DNA of 63,532 nt, the filler included, from Piedraia hortae CBS 480.64 (lineage: Eukaryota), in the NCBI GenBank assembly GCA_010093745.1. It is 2 parts of 2 records of this genome, joined end to end, with 100 filler letters (N's around TTAATTAATTAA, not from the genome) between each part and the next. Parts side by side here need not be neighbours in the genome. Positions count along the whole stretch, not along the records: positions 1 to 31,766 come from MU006053.1; positions 31,867 to 63,532 come from MU006054.1. The stretch is one strand, 5' to 3'. Shown here piece by piece: positions 24,321 through 36,252 of the stretch. A program made the position numbers and the translations under genes. Numbering within the stretch: position 1 is the first letter of the stretch; every line of letters starts with the position of its first letter. The notes under the pieces were generated by a model. It did no database searches. It was not told the origin of the DNA and was given only the letters and a program-made list of their open reading frames with translations.

Positions 24321-26069
24321 CTACCCTGTGTTCCTGTTAGACGGCTCACGATAAGCTAATCCAAAGCCTTCAAACACTCTCTTTTCGGCCTGCACCATAT
24401 CCATCGCTGGCCCTTGTCCAATCTCACCCCCATATCCAAAATATCCTTCAATATCAACGCACTGCCCATTCCTGCGGTCTCGTACACCGCTCGAGTCAAA
24501 CTTCCAGCCCTTTACGTCTTTTGCATATCGTCGAAGATCGCGTTCAAAAGTCGTATCCCCTGTCCAGCCCACCACTGCACAGCCGACAGTCTTCCAAGGG
24601 CTGACAATGATGTCCACTCGACGGTGAGGTCCTGAACTCTTCGCGATATCTTTCCAAACCACAAACGCTTTATCTAGAGTATCAAAACCGTGGCCACCAG
24701 GGCTGCTCCGAAGCGGCAAGGTCTGTTGATCGCGTGTTGAATTGGCTGAAGAGAAGGTTAACGTGTGAGTAATCCAGCCCTCTTCCTCCAAGCTGAACAC
24801 TAGGAGGGGAATGAGCCCGAGCGTCTTTTCTTCCTCCGGATGGGAGACAATAACGTCAACATCACCGCAAGTTTCTTTGCCACGCCGGTACCCGCCCACC
24901 GTCAGCAGCTGTATGTTCGCATCTCGTACCCTGATTGCATGACGCTGGATCACGCTAGATATATACTTGACCTCTGAACGAGGAATCGGTTCAAGAAATT
25001 CTTCGTAATATTTGACGCCAATCTGTTGCACGCGCGTGAGTGATTCCCAACCAAATTCCACAACGTTCTCCAGATCTCTCCATCCCCGTTTGTACAGGAA
25101 TTCTCTTGCGGTGTTGGTCCCCACTCCCCAGATATTGTGGAATAACTTCAATATTTGAAGATTTTGGTCCTGTGCATATTCTTCCAACAACCCAATTTGG
25201 CCTGTATCATTCCATTCCTTCATCAGGGTTGCAATCTTAGCATCACATCCTGGCAAAGCCAGAATCGTCTTGGACTGGCTAATTCTGAAAGGGCAAGAGG
25301 CTAGGCTGGCGATACTAGTGCTGTAGGCCCTGACTCCGACTGCATCGTTTGTCAGCTCACGTACCAGTCTGATTTCCGTCAAGAGGGCAATAAAAGCGCT
25401 GTTTGGTGAATCCTTTGGCGAGCACCGTTGGCAGGCATAACGACACCCATCTTGTACCCAGTCCGGCAATTGAATATCCTCTCCAGACACTTGCCAATTA
25501 AAACGGGGACGCTGTTTCGACGTTGAGGCCCGACGATTTGTTAAACCATTGTTCGATCCGACGACATCTGCGCGGGCACGTTCCAAAATGGTTGAAGCAT
25601 CGTTCGGAGGCGATGATGGTGGATTGAGGGCAGATGCCGCTGAACGGTCTATCCGCAGACCTCGATAGACAATGTAATTCTCGATCGGGAGCACCTTGTT
25701 TGCTTTGCGAGAATCTATGAACCACCTGATTTTCACCACAGCGATAGTAGAGTCATCATGTATGCGCTTCATCCTTTTCCGGGGAGGCTCTTTGTTGTCA
25801 CTGATTGCAGATGCGTTGACTTCATTGTGCCCACGAACCTCTCCGGGGTCCCTGAAATCTTCGGTCCACAGACCTTTGAGACGCAGATCATAAGCTGCGC
25901 GCTTCTTCTTTTCTGCCTTGCTTAGCACGATCTGTGCCTCGGTAACAAAGTAGGTGAGATTCGCCCCTGCGCGTAATAGCTGTCCTTCAAAACGATGTAA
26001 TTCTTGTTCTTCAAAGTGCGTTGCAGATATGTAGATTGGAGGCAAATCGCTTAGGTCAAATGGCGCCAT
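24321..26069 (-). CDS. POL4: Family X DNA polymerase (Pol4, mu-like) with N-terminal BRCT
   Basis: YACQR, HNIWGVG HhH motif, GGYRRGKETCGDVDV, RRVDI, GWTG, FERDLRRYA. Confidence 0.92.
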   Translation of the reverse strand: MAPFDLSDLPPIYISATHFEEQELHRFEGQLLRAGANLTYFVTEAQIVLSKAEKKKRAAYDLRLKGLWTEDFRDPGEVRGHNEVNASAISDNKEPPRKRMKRIHDDSTIAVVKIRWFIDSRKANKVLPIENYIVYRGLRIDRSAASALNPPSSPPNDASTILERARADVVGSNNGLTNRRASTSKQRPRFNWQVSGEDIQLPDWVQDGCRYACQRCSPKDSPNSAFIALLTEIRLVRELTNDAVGVRAYSTSIASLASCPFRISQSKTILALPGCDAKIATLMKEWNDTGQIGLLEEYAQDQNLQILKLFHNIWGVGTNTAREFLYKRGWRDLENVVEFGWESLTRVQQIGVKYYEEFLEPIPRSEVKYISSVIQRHAIRVRDANIQLLTVGGYRRGKETCGDVDVIVSHPEEEKTLGLIPLLVFSLEEEGWITHTLTFSSANSTRDQQTLPLRSSPGGHGFDTLDKAFVVWKDIAKSSGPHRRVDIIVSPWKTVGCAVVGWTGDTTFERDLRRYAKDVKGWKFDSSGVRDRRNGQCVDIEGYFGYGGEIGQGPAMDMVQAEKRVFEGFGLAYREPSNRNTG

Positions 26070-26388
26070 GCACTCTACCTAGGGAGCTTGTTACATCTGA
26101 GTGCTGATCCGACGACGATGATATCATGGCTTTTGCGTCCTGATGGCGGTTTCCATTATTCAAAGGGCTAGCCGATCTTTGCCACCCAATCATTCAACGT
26201 TGCTCACGGTTCAGCTAACGGGCACTTGACCTATTTCAGCTTCGAAACGACACTTTTCGGTAAAGCCCAATTTCACGTCCATCGCGCTCTCACGTGACTT
26301 AGCACATCATCTGAGGCCGAGATAAGATGGATCAAAGCAGTCTCTAGCAGCTACTATCGTCCCGTCGTGCGCACATCTACCTCATGCC

Positions 26389-28338
26389 ATGGGTAACCCT
26401 GGCGCTGTCCATCCGGATGGGGACGATGATGGCCGGCGGGGCGCAACTGACTCTGACGTTGCCAAGGGGCCCAGTCAGAAGCGCGAAAAGGTACACGCGG
26501 CGGGTACTGATAAGCCGCCAGAGCTGAATAAGGAATGTGGAGATGTCTATCCAAAGTCAAAGCCAGACGACGACCATCTGTCTATCCCGCTGTACCATCG
26601 GCCGCGTCTCCACTCCACGTCTCGTGCCGGGCTGCACCTGCAAACGCGGTTGGACGGCGTGCACATCACAGCCATGGAGGCGGCAACGCGACGGACGGAT
26701 GCGCCAACCCTGTTCGAGTCGCTGACATCAACCGAGTCTCCTCAGCCATCTCCGTCTTTCCTCAGCATGCAGGTCCAGCGCACAAACAGCATGGCGTCGT
26801 CTGTATGTAGCAGCGCTCACCCTTCGCCACTTCTTGGTGCCATACAAGACATCACTCCCCTGCCATCTCCGTCAGGCAGCGCCATCTTTTCTGCTGGATC
26901 CTGGAAAAGGACCTTCTTGGGAACGCCAAGCTCATCCCGCCATGGCTCTCTGGATGCTGCCACGCACCGTGTAGATTCTGCCGCAGTCATTACACCTCCA
27001 TCGCCTAAGCAGAGGAAGTGTTACGGGAGTTTGGAAGCGCCCGTCGTATCGTGCCAAGCCGTAAAAGGGAAAACACATGGCCGAAATAGAAGTATCTCAG
27101 ATTTTGTTCCCGAGCAACTGCAAAACATTCGCCAGCGACACGTCACATTTGGACCAGGCGACGCTGAAAGCCTCGAAGCTGGTGAATATTGCATGCAGCG
27201 TGAGGCATACATCGCAGCACAGCGCGGACTCGAGAACCCAGGGCCGATGCCGACACCACCGGCTAGCACCGGCCCTGAGAACGATGAGAGCCCGGTAGAG
27301 ATGGCGGAAACGCCGTATCTCGAGGACGGCTCCCGTGGTGAATACTTTGCTATCCGCTGTGGTCTTCAAAACAAGCAGCACTTGCTTCGGCAGTTGCGTA
27401 AACTCGGCCAAGGCTCTTTTAGCACCGTTTACCTTGCCACCGGTGAACAAATACCAGCCCGAGTGACACATAATATCGAGTCCCTACTCGACCGCGATCA
27501 ACTAGTTGCTGTCAAGATAGTGCAACATGGCCCCGTGGGCGGTGCAGATGAAAAGCGCATTGAAATGGGCCTCAAGCGAGAGGTCGAGATGCTCAAATCA
27601 GTCTCGCATCCCAGTCTCATTCACCTTAAGGCCTGTGAATACCAAGCGACCCGGACTCTGTTGGTATTGACGTACTGCCCAGGAGGGGATCTCTTTGAAC
27701 TCGCTAGTCGGAAGCGCGACATCTTGACTCCACTAATGGTGCAACGCATGTTCGCAGAGCTAGTCGGCGCTGTGCATTACTTGCACCTGAACGGAATTGT
27801 ACACAGAGACATTAAGCTTGAAAATGTCTTGGTCAACTTCACTGAGGATAGGCTCCGGAAAATTGAAGACCCACGTTTCGAGAAGGCGCCGATTGTGACA
27901 CTAACAGACATGGGACTAAGCCGAAGAATACCACCGCCACCAGAGCTCTTGACCACGCGATGTGGCAGCGACGACTACGTTGCGCCAGAGATCATTCTTG
28001 GGTCAGGCTACGATGGGCAAAAGACGGATGCCTGGGCGCTGGGCGTAGTGTTGTATGCGTTGATGGAGGGCAGATTGCCCTTTGATCCGCCAGCAGACAA
28101 GCCTCGCAGTGACCCCAAGAATAAGCCCGCATATCGAATTGCCAAAGTGGACTACATCTGGTACCGATTTGGTGACTCCTCCGGTGATTGGGAAGAAGGG
28201 TGTTGGTGTGAGTGGCAAGGAGCGCGTGAATGCGTAGAAGACATGCTAAAAAAAGTACGAATGGGACGCGTACCACTGGGGGAAATAGCGGAGCGGCCTT
28301 GGGTTCGCGAGGGTATCCAAGTACCTGGCGGACTGTGA
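26389..28338 (+). CDS. Ser/Thr protein kinase with long disordered N-terminus (Prr1/Nnk1-like CAMK group)
   Basis: GQGSFSTV, VAVK, HRDIKLEN, TDMGLS, TRCGSDDYVAPE, DAWALGV. Confidence 0.9.
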   Translation: MGNPGAVHPDGDDDGRRGATDSDVAKGPSQKREKVHAAGTDKPPELNKECGDVYPKSKPDDDHLSIPLYHRPRLHSTSRAGLHLQTRLDGVHITAMEAATRRTDAPTLFESLTSTESPQPSPSFLSMQVQRTNSMASSVCSSAHPSPLLGAIQDITPLPSPSGSAIFSAGSWKRTFLGTPSSSRHGSLDAATHRVDSAAVITPPSPKQRKCYGSLEAPVVSCQAVKGKTHGRNRSISDFVPEQLQNIRQRHVTFGPGDAESLEAGEYCMQREAYIAAQRGLENPGPMPTPPASTGPENDESPVEMAETPYLEDGSRGEYFAIRCGLQNKQHLLRQLRKLGQGSFSTVYLATGEQIPARVTHNIESLLDRDQLVAVKIVQHGPVGGADEKRIEMGLKREVEMLKSVSHPSLIHLKACEYQATRTLLVLTYCPGGDLFELASRKRDILTPLMVQRMFAELVGAVHYLHLNGIVHRDIKLENVLVNFTEDRLRKIEDPRFEKAPIVTLTDMGLSRRIPPPPELLTTRCGSDDYVAPEIILGSGYDGQKTDAWALGVVLYALMEGRLPFDPPADKPRSDPKNKPAYRIAKVDYIWYRFGDSSGDWEEGCWCEWQGARECVEDMLKKVRMGRVPLGEIAERPWVREGIQVPGGL

Positions 28339-28910
28339 ACAGAATTTCTTTTTAGGCCTTTTCACCATCTTTATATTCCATTACTGACAGCCCTTTTCAA
28401 CCATATCTTGCGAGGCACCCACTCGACCATACGTATCACGCCTGGTGTTCAAAATTCTGTGGTACTAATTCCTTCCTACGATTACTACTTGGGGGGCACG
28501 TTGTCACGTACTTTCCACATCGAGACAGGAAGGCATCAAGGCTGCTTTCGTTCCGGTAACAGCCTCCTGCTTCTTTGACCTATTCATGAAAATTAGGGGA
28601 CAGTGATATGATACAGCGCTCATACCCTTCCACCACATCCGATACGCAAGCATACGGCGTGCAGGGCTTGTCCGCGCTGGTCAGACGCCCCGCACGATGC
28701 CTGGTCGGTGGACACGTTCGACCGGAAATAGGCACCGTTTTATCATACCACCGTCTGTATCATATCTCAGTCACACATCCCCTGGCCGAGGGTGGGAACT
28801 CTCTCCCACGGATAGTACTCGAGTCCCATATCTTCTCTGAACGACATAGTTTCTGTCAAAGGTCATGTTATTCATTTACTTAATTGCAATGCCAACTTGT
28901 CGACATTCGC

Positions 28911-29830
28911 CTAGTAGCTGGAACCACCATAGCCCGAGCTGCCCTGGTTGAGACCGGCAGCCTCACGCTTCTCTCTGCCTTTCTCTGTCATATCACGGTT
29001 ACCCAACATGTCACCGACTTTCTCTTGAACCTTTCCCATGGTTGAGTCACCGCCTTTGTGACCGGAGGAGCTGCTAACAGTCAGCGGTGACAGGAAAATA
29101 AACGCAAAGGCTTACCCGATGCCTCCACCGGTCGCCCCGCTGCCGTAATCACTAGCTCCATGACGACCACCGCTACTGCCGGTATTCCCGGTCTAAACAC
29201 GGGTTAATATAAGTACCCAGCAATTGTTTCCTGACTTACACCATATGAGTCACTGCCAGAAGAGCCGTAGGTATCGCCAGATCCCAGTCCACTACCAGAT
29301 GAACCATAGGTATCACGGCCACTACCTGTGGTGCCAGATCCCAAGCCGCTGCCGGATGAGCCGTAAGTATCACGGCCACTACCGGAAGAGCCGTAGTTAT
29401 CACGCCCGGATGACCCATAGGTATCACCGCTGCCAGAGGAGCCGTAAGTGGTACCCCCTGTCGTGCCAGAGCCGGTACCAGATGAACCATAGGTATCACT
29501 ACCAGATGAGCCATAGGTATCTCTACCAGACGAGCCGTACGTATCGCTTCCAGTCAAACCAGAGCCAGTTCCAGCCCCCGTGCCGCGGCCAGAGCCGTAG
29601 GTATCACCTCCCATGCCGCTGGAGCCGTATGTATTGCTGCCAGACGTCTGCCTTTGGTAAGTATCTTACCATGACCAACCAGTGTATAAGAGTACTCACA
29701 CCGAGGTCACCGGTCGTACCGCTATTGCCATAGGATCCGCCAGTGTTGGCCCGACCTGCTTTACTGGTAAGCCACATTTTCAAAAGGAATCGAGAGACTT
29801 GCCGCTCAACTCATCGTTGTAGTTTGACAT
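28911..29830 (-). CDS. Gly/Ser/Tyr-repeat hydrophilin-like protein (5 exons, 242 aa)
   Basis: Exons 29830-29803, 29755-29700, 29647-29240, 29192-29116 and 29070-28911 splice in frame; DTYGSSG repeats; C-terminal DSTMGKVQEKVGDMLG..EKGREKRE. Confidence 0.82.
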
Positions 29831-30332
29831 GTTGGAAAGAGAAAATGTTAAGTTCTTGAAGATTCTGATGATAGGGGAGAGGTTGAAGATGGGAGACGGC
29901 AGATTAAGTAGGTACTCAGGCCAAACTCTGGACCCCGCCACGATGCCATCATAGGCTTTGGTCCGGGGCAGGGACGACCTGGTGCTGACGAATTAGCACA
30001 AGAGCTATTACAGTGCCCCACTACTTCTAAGAAGCGTTCCACTTGTCGAAAGCTGCTGTCCCTGCCTCGGTGAGGGGTAATTGCACGTGGTGTTGATGTA
30101 ATGCGCACCTGTCGTATGACCCACGTGTATGGACAGTGCTGTGTGAGAACGGGGAGTAGGTAACGTTACTAAAGTCTATTTTTGAAGTCAGCGGACAGAA
30201 GATCCGGAGCTCGGATGAAGCCAACACATGTGCTTGAAATACTCTAGATCCATGCCGTCTTTGCACACGATTTAGTCTCGAGAAGTTTTTGATGGTCCTC
30301 TTTGGGTGTGGTCAGTCCACCTATGAATTTAA

Positions 30333-31481
30333 TCATGGTTGGGTTACATCGCCGTCATCTTCATTGTTTTTGCCTCTGTATCTCTCGGCCAAGTCTCTCC
30401 CAGGACCTTCCTCCGGAAGGCCAGCTGCTCGCCGCACTTTCAAAACTTCATTGCGGATAGCCACTGCCACATCAATCCGTAGTTGTTCAGCTTCTTTCCC
30501 ATAACGGAGGGTCGTATCCTCCAAGACCCCTAATTCATTTAATCCCTTACACTGGCGGGCTTTTAATTCTAACCATCGCCGACGAAATGGCTCCAAGACA
30601 GTCTCACGATCAATCAGGTTTCCAAACCGAATACTGATATCGTTTCCGGGACGAGGAACAGCACGGGGGAAGGTACGTGTGTTACTCATTACGTGCTGGG
30701 GCCCGTCAATCCACATGGGTAAAACGTCAGGGCAAGGCTCTGCTTCCAGGATTAGACGTGCGATGCCCCATTTGAAATAACGCATGAAGGATTCGGGGTG
30801 CTGGTAAGTCATGCCTTCAGGAAAGACGTGGACCCAAGAAAAGCGACGCGAGGGGTACGCTGAGGGAGCTGGGAAGCTGTCAAATCCAGTGGTGGAATAA
30901 GTTAGGTGATTGGACGAGAACGGGTCACTAATTTCGCATTTGGAATTGGGGACCTTACGGTGAGGATCGCTGAGAAGACGGATGACTTGGGTCATGGTGG
31001 GCTGGAAGAGCCCTCCATGGGGACTGTGAGCAATCCGGTGAGTGGGTAGGGTATTGCCCAAAGAAAAGAAGACATTAAATACGCTTAGAAGTTAATAAAA
31101 TGCGGTCAGCCCGGGGCGGAAATCCTACCGGTTTCGGAAGCAGATGTCATGGCTGGCGAGGCTCCAGCGCATGTTGTCAGGGTGGACCATGTAGCGGTAA
31201 GGTAATACCCCCCAGATAAGCGGGTCATCCAGCCTGAATCCTCAGCATGAAGATCGTTCGATTGCAGGGGCCGCGAAAACATACACGCTGACATGATTCG
31301 ACACCGTCAACAGACCGCGCCGACGGTCCGCCGAGCAGGCGCGAGCATCTAGTAGGTCAAGAAAAGGGTCCAGACCATAGACCTGGGTGTGGTTGAACGC
31401 GTACAAAAAGGATCGACTGAGGGAGCCTACGGTGGCGAAGACCAAAGTGGAAGCAATATGGTTGAGTGTTGACGATTCCAT
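30333..31481 (-). CDS. TAZ1: Tafazzin (cardiolipin transacylase), 2 introns
   Basis: RGLLTVSNHVSV|LDDPLIWG, WSLASHDICF, WVHVFPEG, RYFKWGIARLILEA. Confidence 0.92.
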
Positions 31482-31766
31482 GGACACGCGCCGCAATCCC
31501 CGCGTATAGTATCACTTGGCGACCGTTGCTAGCGAAAAAGTCGATGGCCAATCAGCGGTGAGAAGTCGAGCGGCGGTATTCCGCGCGTTTGCCTAGCCCA
31601 ATGAGCAAAGGGTTTTGGGCGTAAACCCTAGCATAATGAGCAAACATCGGCGGGCCCGCGATGTTTGAAAAAAATGTTTGGTCTAAAAAGACGTCAAAAT
31701 GATGGTAGAGTGCTCTAGAGTGTATGGAAAGGTGTTTTGGGAGATTCTGGAGGGGGTCGAAAAAAT

Positions 31767-31866
31767 NNNNNNNNNNNNNNNNNNNNNNNNNNNNNNNNNN
31801 NNNNNNNNNNTTAATTAATTAANNNNNNNNNNNNNNNNNNNNNNNNNNNNNNNNNNNNNNNNNNNN
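31767..31866. other. Artificial contig-joining linker (N44-TTAATTAATTAA-N44)
   Basis: Exactly 100 nt; the central 12-mer has stop codons in all six frames. Confidence 0.97.
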
Positions 31867-31926
31867 AAGTCGAGAGCCGAGCGACGGTTACTAATAATGC
31901 GCGTAATATACCGCATATTCACAACA
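31867..31926 (-). mobile_element. LTR-like repeat, copy B (5' 60 nt, minus strand)
   Basis: Exact reverse complement of 63439-63498; starts TGTTGTGAATATGCGG at 31926. Confidence 0.75.
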
Positions 31927-32893
31927 GTTTGCAAAACCCAGCATGTTTGGCTGCGTGATTTTTGCAAGTAGCTCCCAGGCCCAGCCTTCAGAATCTCAAC
32001 CCATGTCCTCTTTTAGAGGTTCAAGTCGAGATCACTACTTTGTTGCTGACAAGCGAGGCCCCGCATGATGCCAACAGGTTTCTTTGCACGCGCTTCATGT
32101 AGGGACGCGCCCATCCCCAGACTTTTGGCCAGGATTGTATTTCACTAGTAGGCAGCTAAGTTTCTTGTCAAGCACCCAGTTCATGTCAAGCAACCAGTTC
32201 ACGTCAGAGCAATTCGCTCCAGGAAACAACACGCTGTCAACGAACAAAGGCTGTCGGGATACAATTCGCTGTTAATCAACAATGCGCGTTAGAAATCATT
32301 TCACTAACATCCATATCAATTTCAACCACAATCTAACATTGCATGATTGATAGATTGGGTATGACAAATTTTCCCGTCCGGTACATTTTATTTGAGCCAA
32401 GCCACATGTTTGAGGGCGTGGTACACTGCCTGAACTCCCAAACATACATATTGCTACACTTATTATTAGTTGAGTTACATGTAAGGGAGTGGGTACGGTT
32501 GCTCATTTGCAACCATCGTTCAAGTTAAGATGAGCTCTTCACCGCCTACTTGTGCATCTACAAGCAAGATGTTGGTTGTGCAGTGTCCTGCTGAGCTCTC
32601 GCCTTATCTCTTCCTTCTGGTAGCTATTCTACAGTTGCTCGGTCTCACATACCGTTCTCTGGCAGCAAAGTTCCACGCCTGATCCCACCGTCCTTTTCGA
32701 CAGACCGTGCAGGTAGCAAGACGCGAAACTATCGGCTGCGTACAAGGATTGAACAGGACACATCGTTCATTCAACAACAGACCGATCCCTCCTAAAACAT
32801 ATGAATAAGAAATAGGTAAGATAGATACATCATCCGCCCGAGAAATCCTAGGTCCAGTTCACCTCGACGCCAACACCGTCCTCATGATACCCC

Positions 32894-33743
32894 CTAAATC
32901 AAAACCACCAACCCAACAACCCCCAAGACCCCTCCAAGCCGAGCAGTCAACTTCCCCCCACCACCCCTCGAAGCCGTCGGGGTCGCAGTGGCCGTAGCAT
33001 CCTTCCCCTCCACCTCCGAAGTACCGGTTGGCAATGCCTTGACCGTAGACTTCACAACATGCGTAACCACCACCGTCGTCGTCGGACTCGCCACCAATCT
33101 ACTCCCCAACCCCTCCAATCGACTCACCGCCTCCTCAGGCAATTCCGCAGCCTTTGACGCAACACTCTCTACCTCCGCAACAAACGACGCGGGGAGGGCC
33201 GTAGCCGAGACTACTTCCCCCGAAACAATACTCAGTATCGAAGAAGCATCCTTCGCAATCTCCGAGGGGAGGTTTTTTGCTGCGCTTTCAAGTTGATGCA
33301 ATACAGAACTCTGGGCTGCGCTGAGGAATGCCTCTGCGCTGCTGAGGGGTTTGTTTAATTCCGTGAGGGATGCGTGCGCTGCGAATTCAGATGAGAGGCT
33401 TTTCAGGATGGCATCGCTAGAGACTGCGAATAAAGAGGAGAATGAGGATTGCTGCGCTGCGAGTTCGCTGGTAATCGAGTTCAGAAGGGCTGCTTCGCTG
33501 GGGAGTTCGGTGATTGCGCTGCCTAGTTGGGCAAGGGCTGAGGTTTGGACTGATGCGAGGGAGGAGAGGGCTCCGATTATGTTGCGGTTGATGGGTGGGA
33601 GGGGGGTTATTTCCGGGATGGCATGCTACATATTTGTTAGATGGGTTAGGTTGGAGGAGGGAAGGACGGACTGTGCGTCGGGATAGGGTGTGCGTGGCTT
33701 GGGTTAATGTGATGGAGGTGAGAAGGAGGATGCTTTTCCACAT
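32894..33743 (-). CDS. Secreted Ser/Ala/Thr-rich, probably GPI-anchored cell-wall protein (1 intron)
   Basis: Signal-peptide-like MWKSILLLTSITLTQA; GTCCGT..TAG intron joins RRT|HAIPEITPLP in frame; hydrophobic C-terminus GGVLGVVGLVVLI. Confidence 0.8.
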
Positions 33744-34313
33744 TTTCGTTGGTTGGTTCGAAGTAAAGATGGATGGAGGGAGATTTTTGGGTTTTTGGAC
33801 GGAAAGATGAGCTGATGAGAGAGGAGGAATGAGGGATGGGGTTTTAAGGGAGAGGAGATGACGAGGAGAGTTGGAGGTTCCTGTTATGGTTGTGATGAGT
33901 AGTATATAGTCATGTAACTGCCTAGGAAAGACTGAGGTGACTGAGCTGATGTCATGCCTAACCGCAGTGTCTTGATACTCCGATATCTGGAGACCGGCAG
34001 AGGATTGTGCGGTGCGAGTGTGTGCTTCATTTTTTCTTGGAGGGCATTACCTGTTCCTGTTTGCCTAGTTCGTGGTCGCTATGTTTCCATCCATGTCTAC
34101 TGGTTGCTGTGTCATATCAAATTCTTGTGAGTTTCTTCGTAGCCTCAGGTTGTTCTCTCAGTTTACGGATGGCTTGATTGTGGTACGGGGAATGCCAAGA
34201 GCGTGGACTGAAAGTTCGTCAGAGCACTGAGCCTGTGAAGAACCTCTTCCAGCCGAGGTCCACCATCCACATGTCAATCCACCACACCCCACCCCTTCCC
34301 CATCCTCACAACA

Positions 34314-35273
34314 ATGGAACTCTTCTCCCTCGCCCCAACACCCACCTCCACCCACAGGTACACCCTCCCCCTCTCCCCGTCCTGGACAATCGGCTCCGTC
34401 CCGCACGGGGGGTACATAACGAGTGTCCTCCTTTCCGTCGCCAAACTCCACTTCGCTACAACCCTCTCATCATGCAACCAACCCGACACTTTATCTGTCC
34501 AACTCTCCTTCCTCCGACGAACGCAAACCGGTCCCGCGACGGTTACGGTTCAAGATCTAAAACTCGGGAGGCAGAGTAGTGTTATATATGTTTCATTGGA
34601 GCAGGAGGGGAGGGAGGAGGTCGTGGGGTTTATAACGCAGACTGATTTTGGCAGGGAGGAGGGCGTGGGGTTTGGGATGGATTGGGGGATATATCCCCCG
34701 CCTCCGGTGGTGACGGGCTCCTTTGGGGAGATGGATAGAGGGAGGGATGCGAATTGGGGGGAGAGGAAGGTTTGGCCGTTACATAGATTTAGACCTGCGA
34801 TGGGGATGATGAGGTCGTGGTTTCCTAGAGGGGGACAGCTGGGGAAGGGGATTGTGGATCAGTGGGTTTGTCCTAGAGATGATGACAAAAGGTGGACGAC
34901 TGATTGTTTGGGGTTTATTGTTGATGCGTTCCCGCAGATTGTGGAATCGCTAGAGTTTGGGGGGGATTTGTATGGTGTGGAGTTGGAGGAGAGGTATACG
35001 CAGGAAGAGCAGCAGGAGATGATGGATAAGAAGGGTGCAGGCAGGAAATGGTATCCTACTGTGAGTCTTAACATGGAAGTTAAGAAGAGGCTGCCAGAGG
35101 AGGGAGTGCGGTTTTTGTTTGTGAGAGTGCAGTGCAAGGTAATGCAGAATGGAAGGTATGACTTGGAGGTTATAGTCAAGGACATGGAGGGAGACGTCGT
35201 GGCTTTGAGTAACCATGTTGTCCTCGCCGTTCCTGCCGAGAGGAACACGGCAAAGAGAAGGGGGAAGTTGTAA
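34314..35273 (+). CDS. Thioesterase-like double hotdog-fold protein
   Basis: WTIGSVPHGGYITS, FLRRTQTGPA, LKLGRQSS, WYPTVSLNMEVKK, NGRYDLEV. Confidence 0.85.
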   Translation: MELFSLAPTPTSTHRYTLPLSPSWTIGSVPHGGYITSVLLSVAKLHFATTLSSCNQPDTLSVQLSFLRRTQTGPATVTVQDLKLGRQSSVIYVSLEQEGREEVVGFITQTDFGREEGVGFGMDWGIYPPPPVVTGSFGEMDRGRDANWGERKVWPLHRFRPAMGMMRSWFPRGGQLGKGIVDQWVCPRDDDKRWTTDCLGFIVDAFPQIVESLEFGGDLYGVELEERYTQEEQQEMMDKKGAGRKWYPTVSLNMEVKKRLPEEGVRFLFVRVQCKVMQNGRYDLEVIVKDMEGDVVALSNHVVLAVPAERNTAKRRGKL

Positions 35274-35327
35274 GCTGCACAGGAATCCTACAGCATCAGG
35301 TCTACATTCAAAAAGTATTGCAATACA

Positions 35328-36252
35328 TCAAACTGCCATGCTCTTCTTGATCTCGGCAATGGCCAAGGCTGGGTTCAGTCCCTTTGGACAAGTGCGTGTG
35401 CAGTTTAGAATGGTGTGGCAGCGGTAGAGGCTCATGCTGTTGTTCAAAGCCTCCTTCCGCTGCTCCGTCTTCTCGTCACGGCTGTCAGCAATCCACCTGT
35501 AGCTCTGCAGCAGCACGGCTGGACCAAGATATTCCTGCGAGTTCCACCAATACGACGGACACGACGTGCTGCAGCAGGCGCACAGGATGCACTCGTAGTA
35601 TCCGTCCAACTTGTGTCGGTCCGCCTTGGACTGACGGAACTCACGACCGTCGGGCGATGGTGTCTCGCGCTGGAGGTACGGCTTAATCGACTTGTACTGC
35701 TTGTAGAACAGCGTCAAGTCCGGCACGAGGTCTTTGACGACATACATGTGCGGCAACGGGTAGATGCGGGACTGCTGTGACGTGTCGGTCGGGATGCGAC
35801 CTGTGTGAAGGTCAGCGGGGCGGGACGGCGCGGTGGGGGCGGGGCTGTCACTACTTACAGAGACAGGCTAGCGTGTTGACGCCGTCAATATTCATGGCGC
35901 AGCTTCCGCAAATGCCCTCACGGCAGCTTCGGCGAAAGGTCAACGTCGGATCTAACTCGTTCTTGATGCGCAGCAGGGCATCCAGCATCATGGGGCCAGT
36001 CTTGGCCAGATCCAACGTGTATTCCTGCATCCGTGGCTTCTTGTCCGGCTCATCTGGGTCCCATCTGTAGATCTTGAACGTCTTCATCTTGGCCTTGACA
36101 TCCGTGGACCCGGCCTCGGCAGTTGGCTGCGTCATCGCCTCCTTGCTGTCCTGGCCTTTTCCGGGCTCGACGGTGGTGGCGAGGCCCCGCGCCCCGACGG
36201 GAATGGTCCGCACCGTCAGGGCCAGGCGTCGCGGCAGAATGCGGAGGGCCAT
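35328..36252 (-). CDS. SDH2: Succinate dehydrogenase iron-sulfur subunit (1 intron)
   Basis: [55 protein letters not shown]; mitochondrial presequence. Confidence 0.97.

Noticed and set aside
24560..24575. GWTG instead of YFTG in the Pol X as a novelty
   Set aside because: GW is the normal signature of mu/TdT-like and many fungal Pol4 enzymes
29240..29647. CRISPR-like or non-coding repeat array
   Set aside because: The repeats are codon-phased with synonymous variation inside a spliced eukaryotic CDS
31811..31822. TTAATTAATTAA palindrome as a piggyBac site or regulatory element
   Set aside because: It is centred in symmetrical N44 pads and is a standard six-frame-stop linker; adjacency across it has no biological meaning
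35390..35575. SDHI fungicide-resistance substitutions in SDH2
   Set aside because: CPSYWWN and CHTILNC are the wild-type motifs
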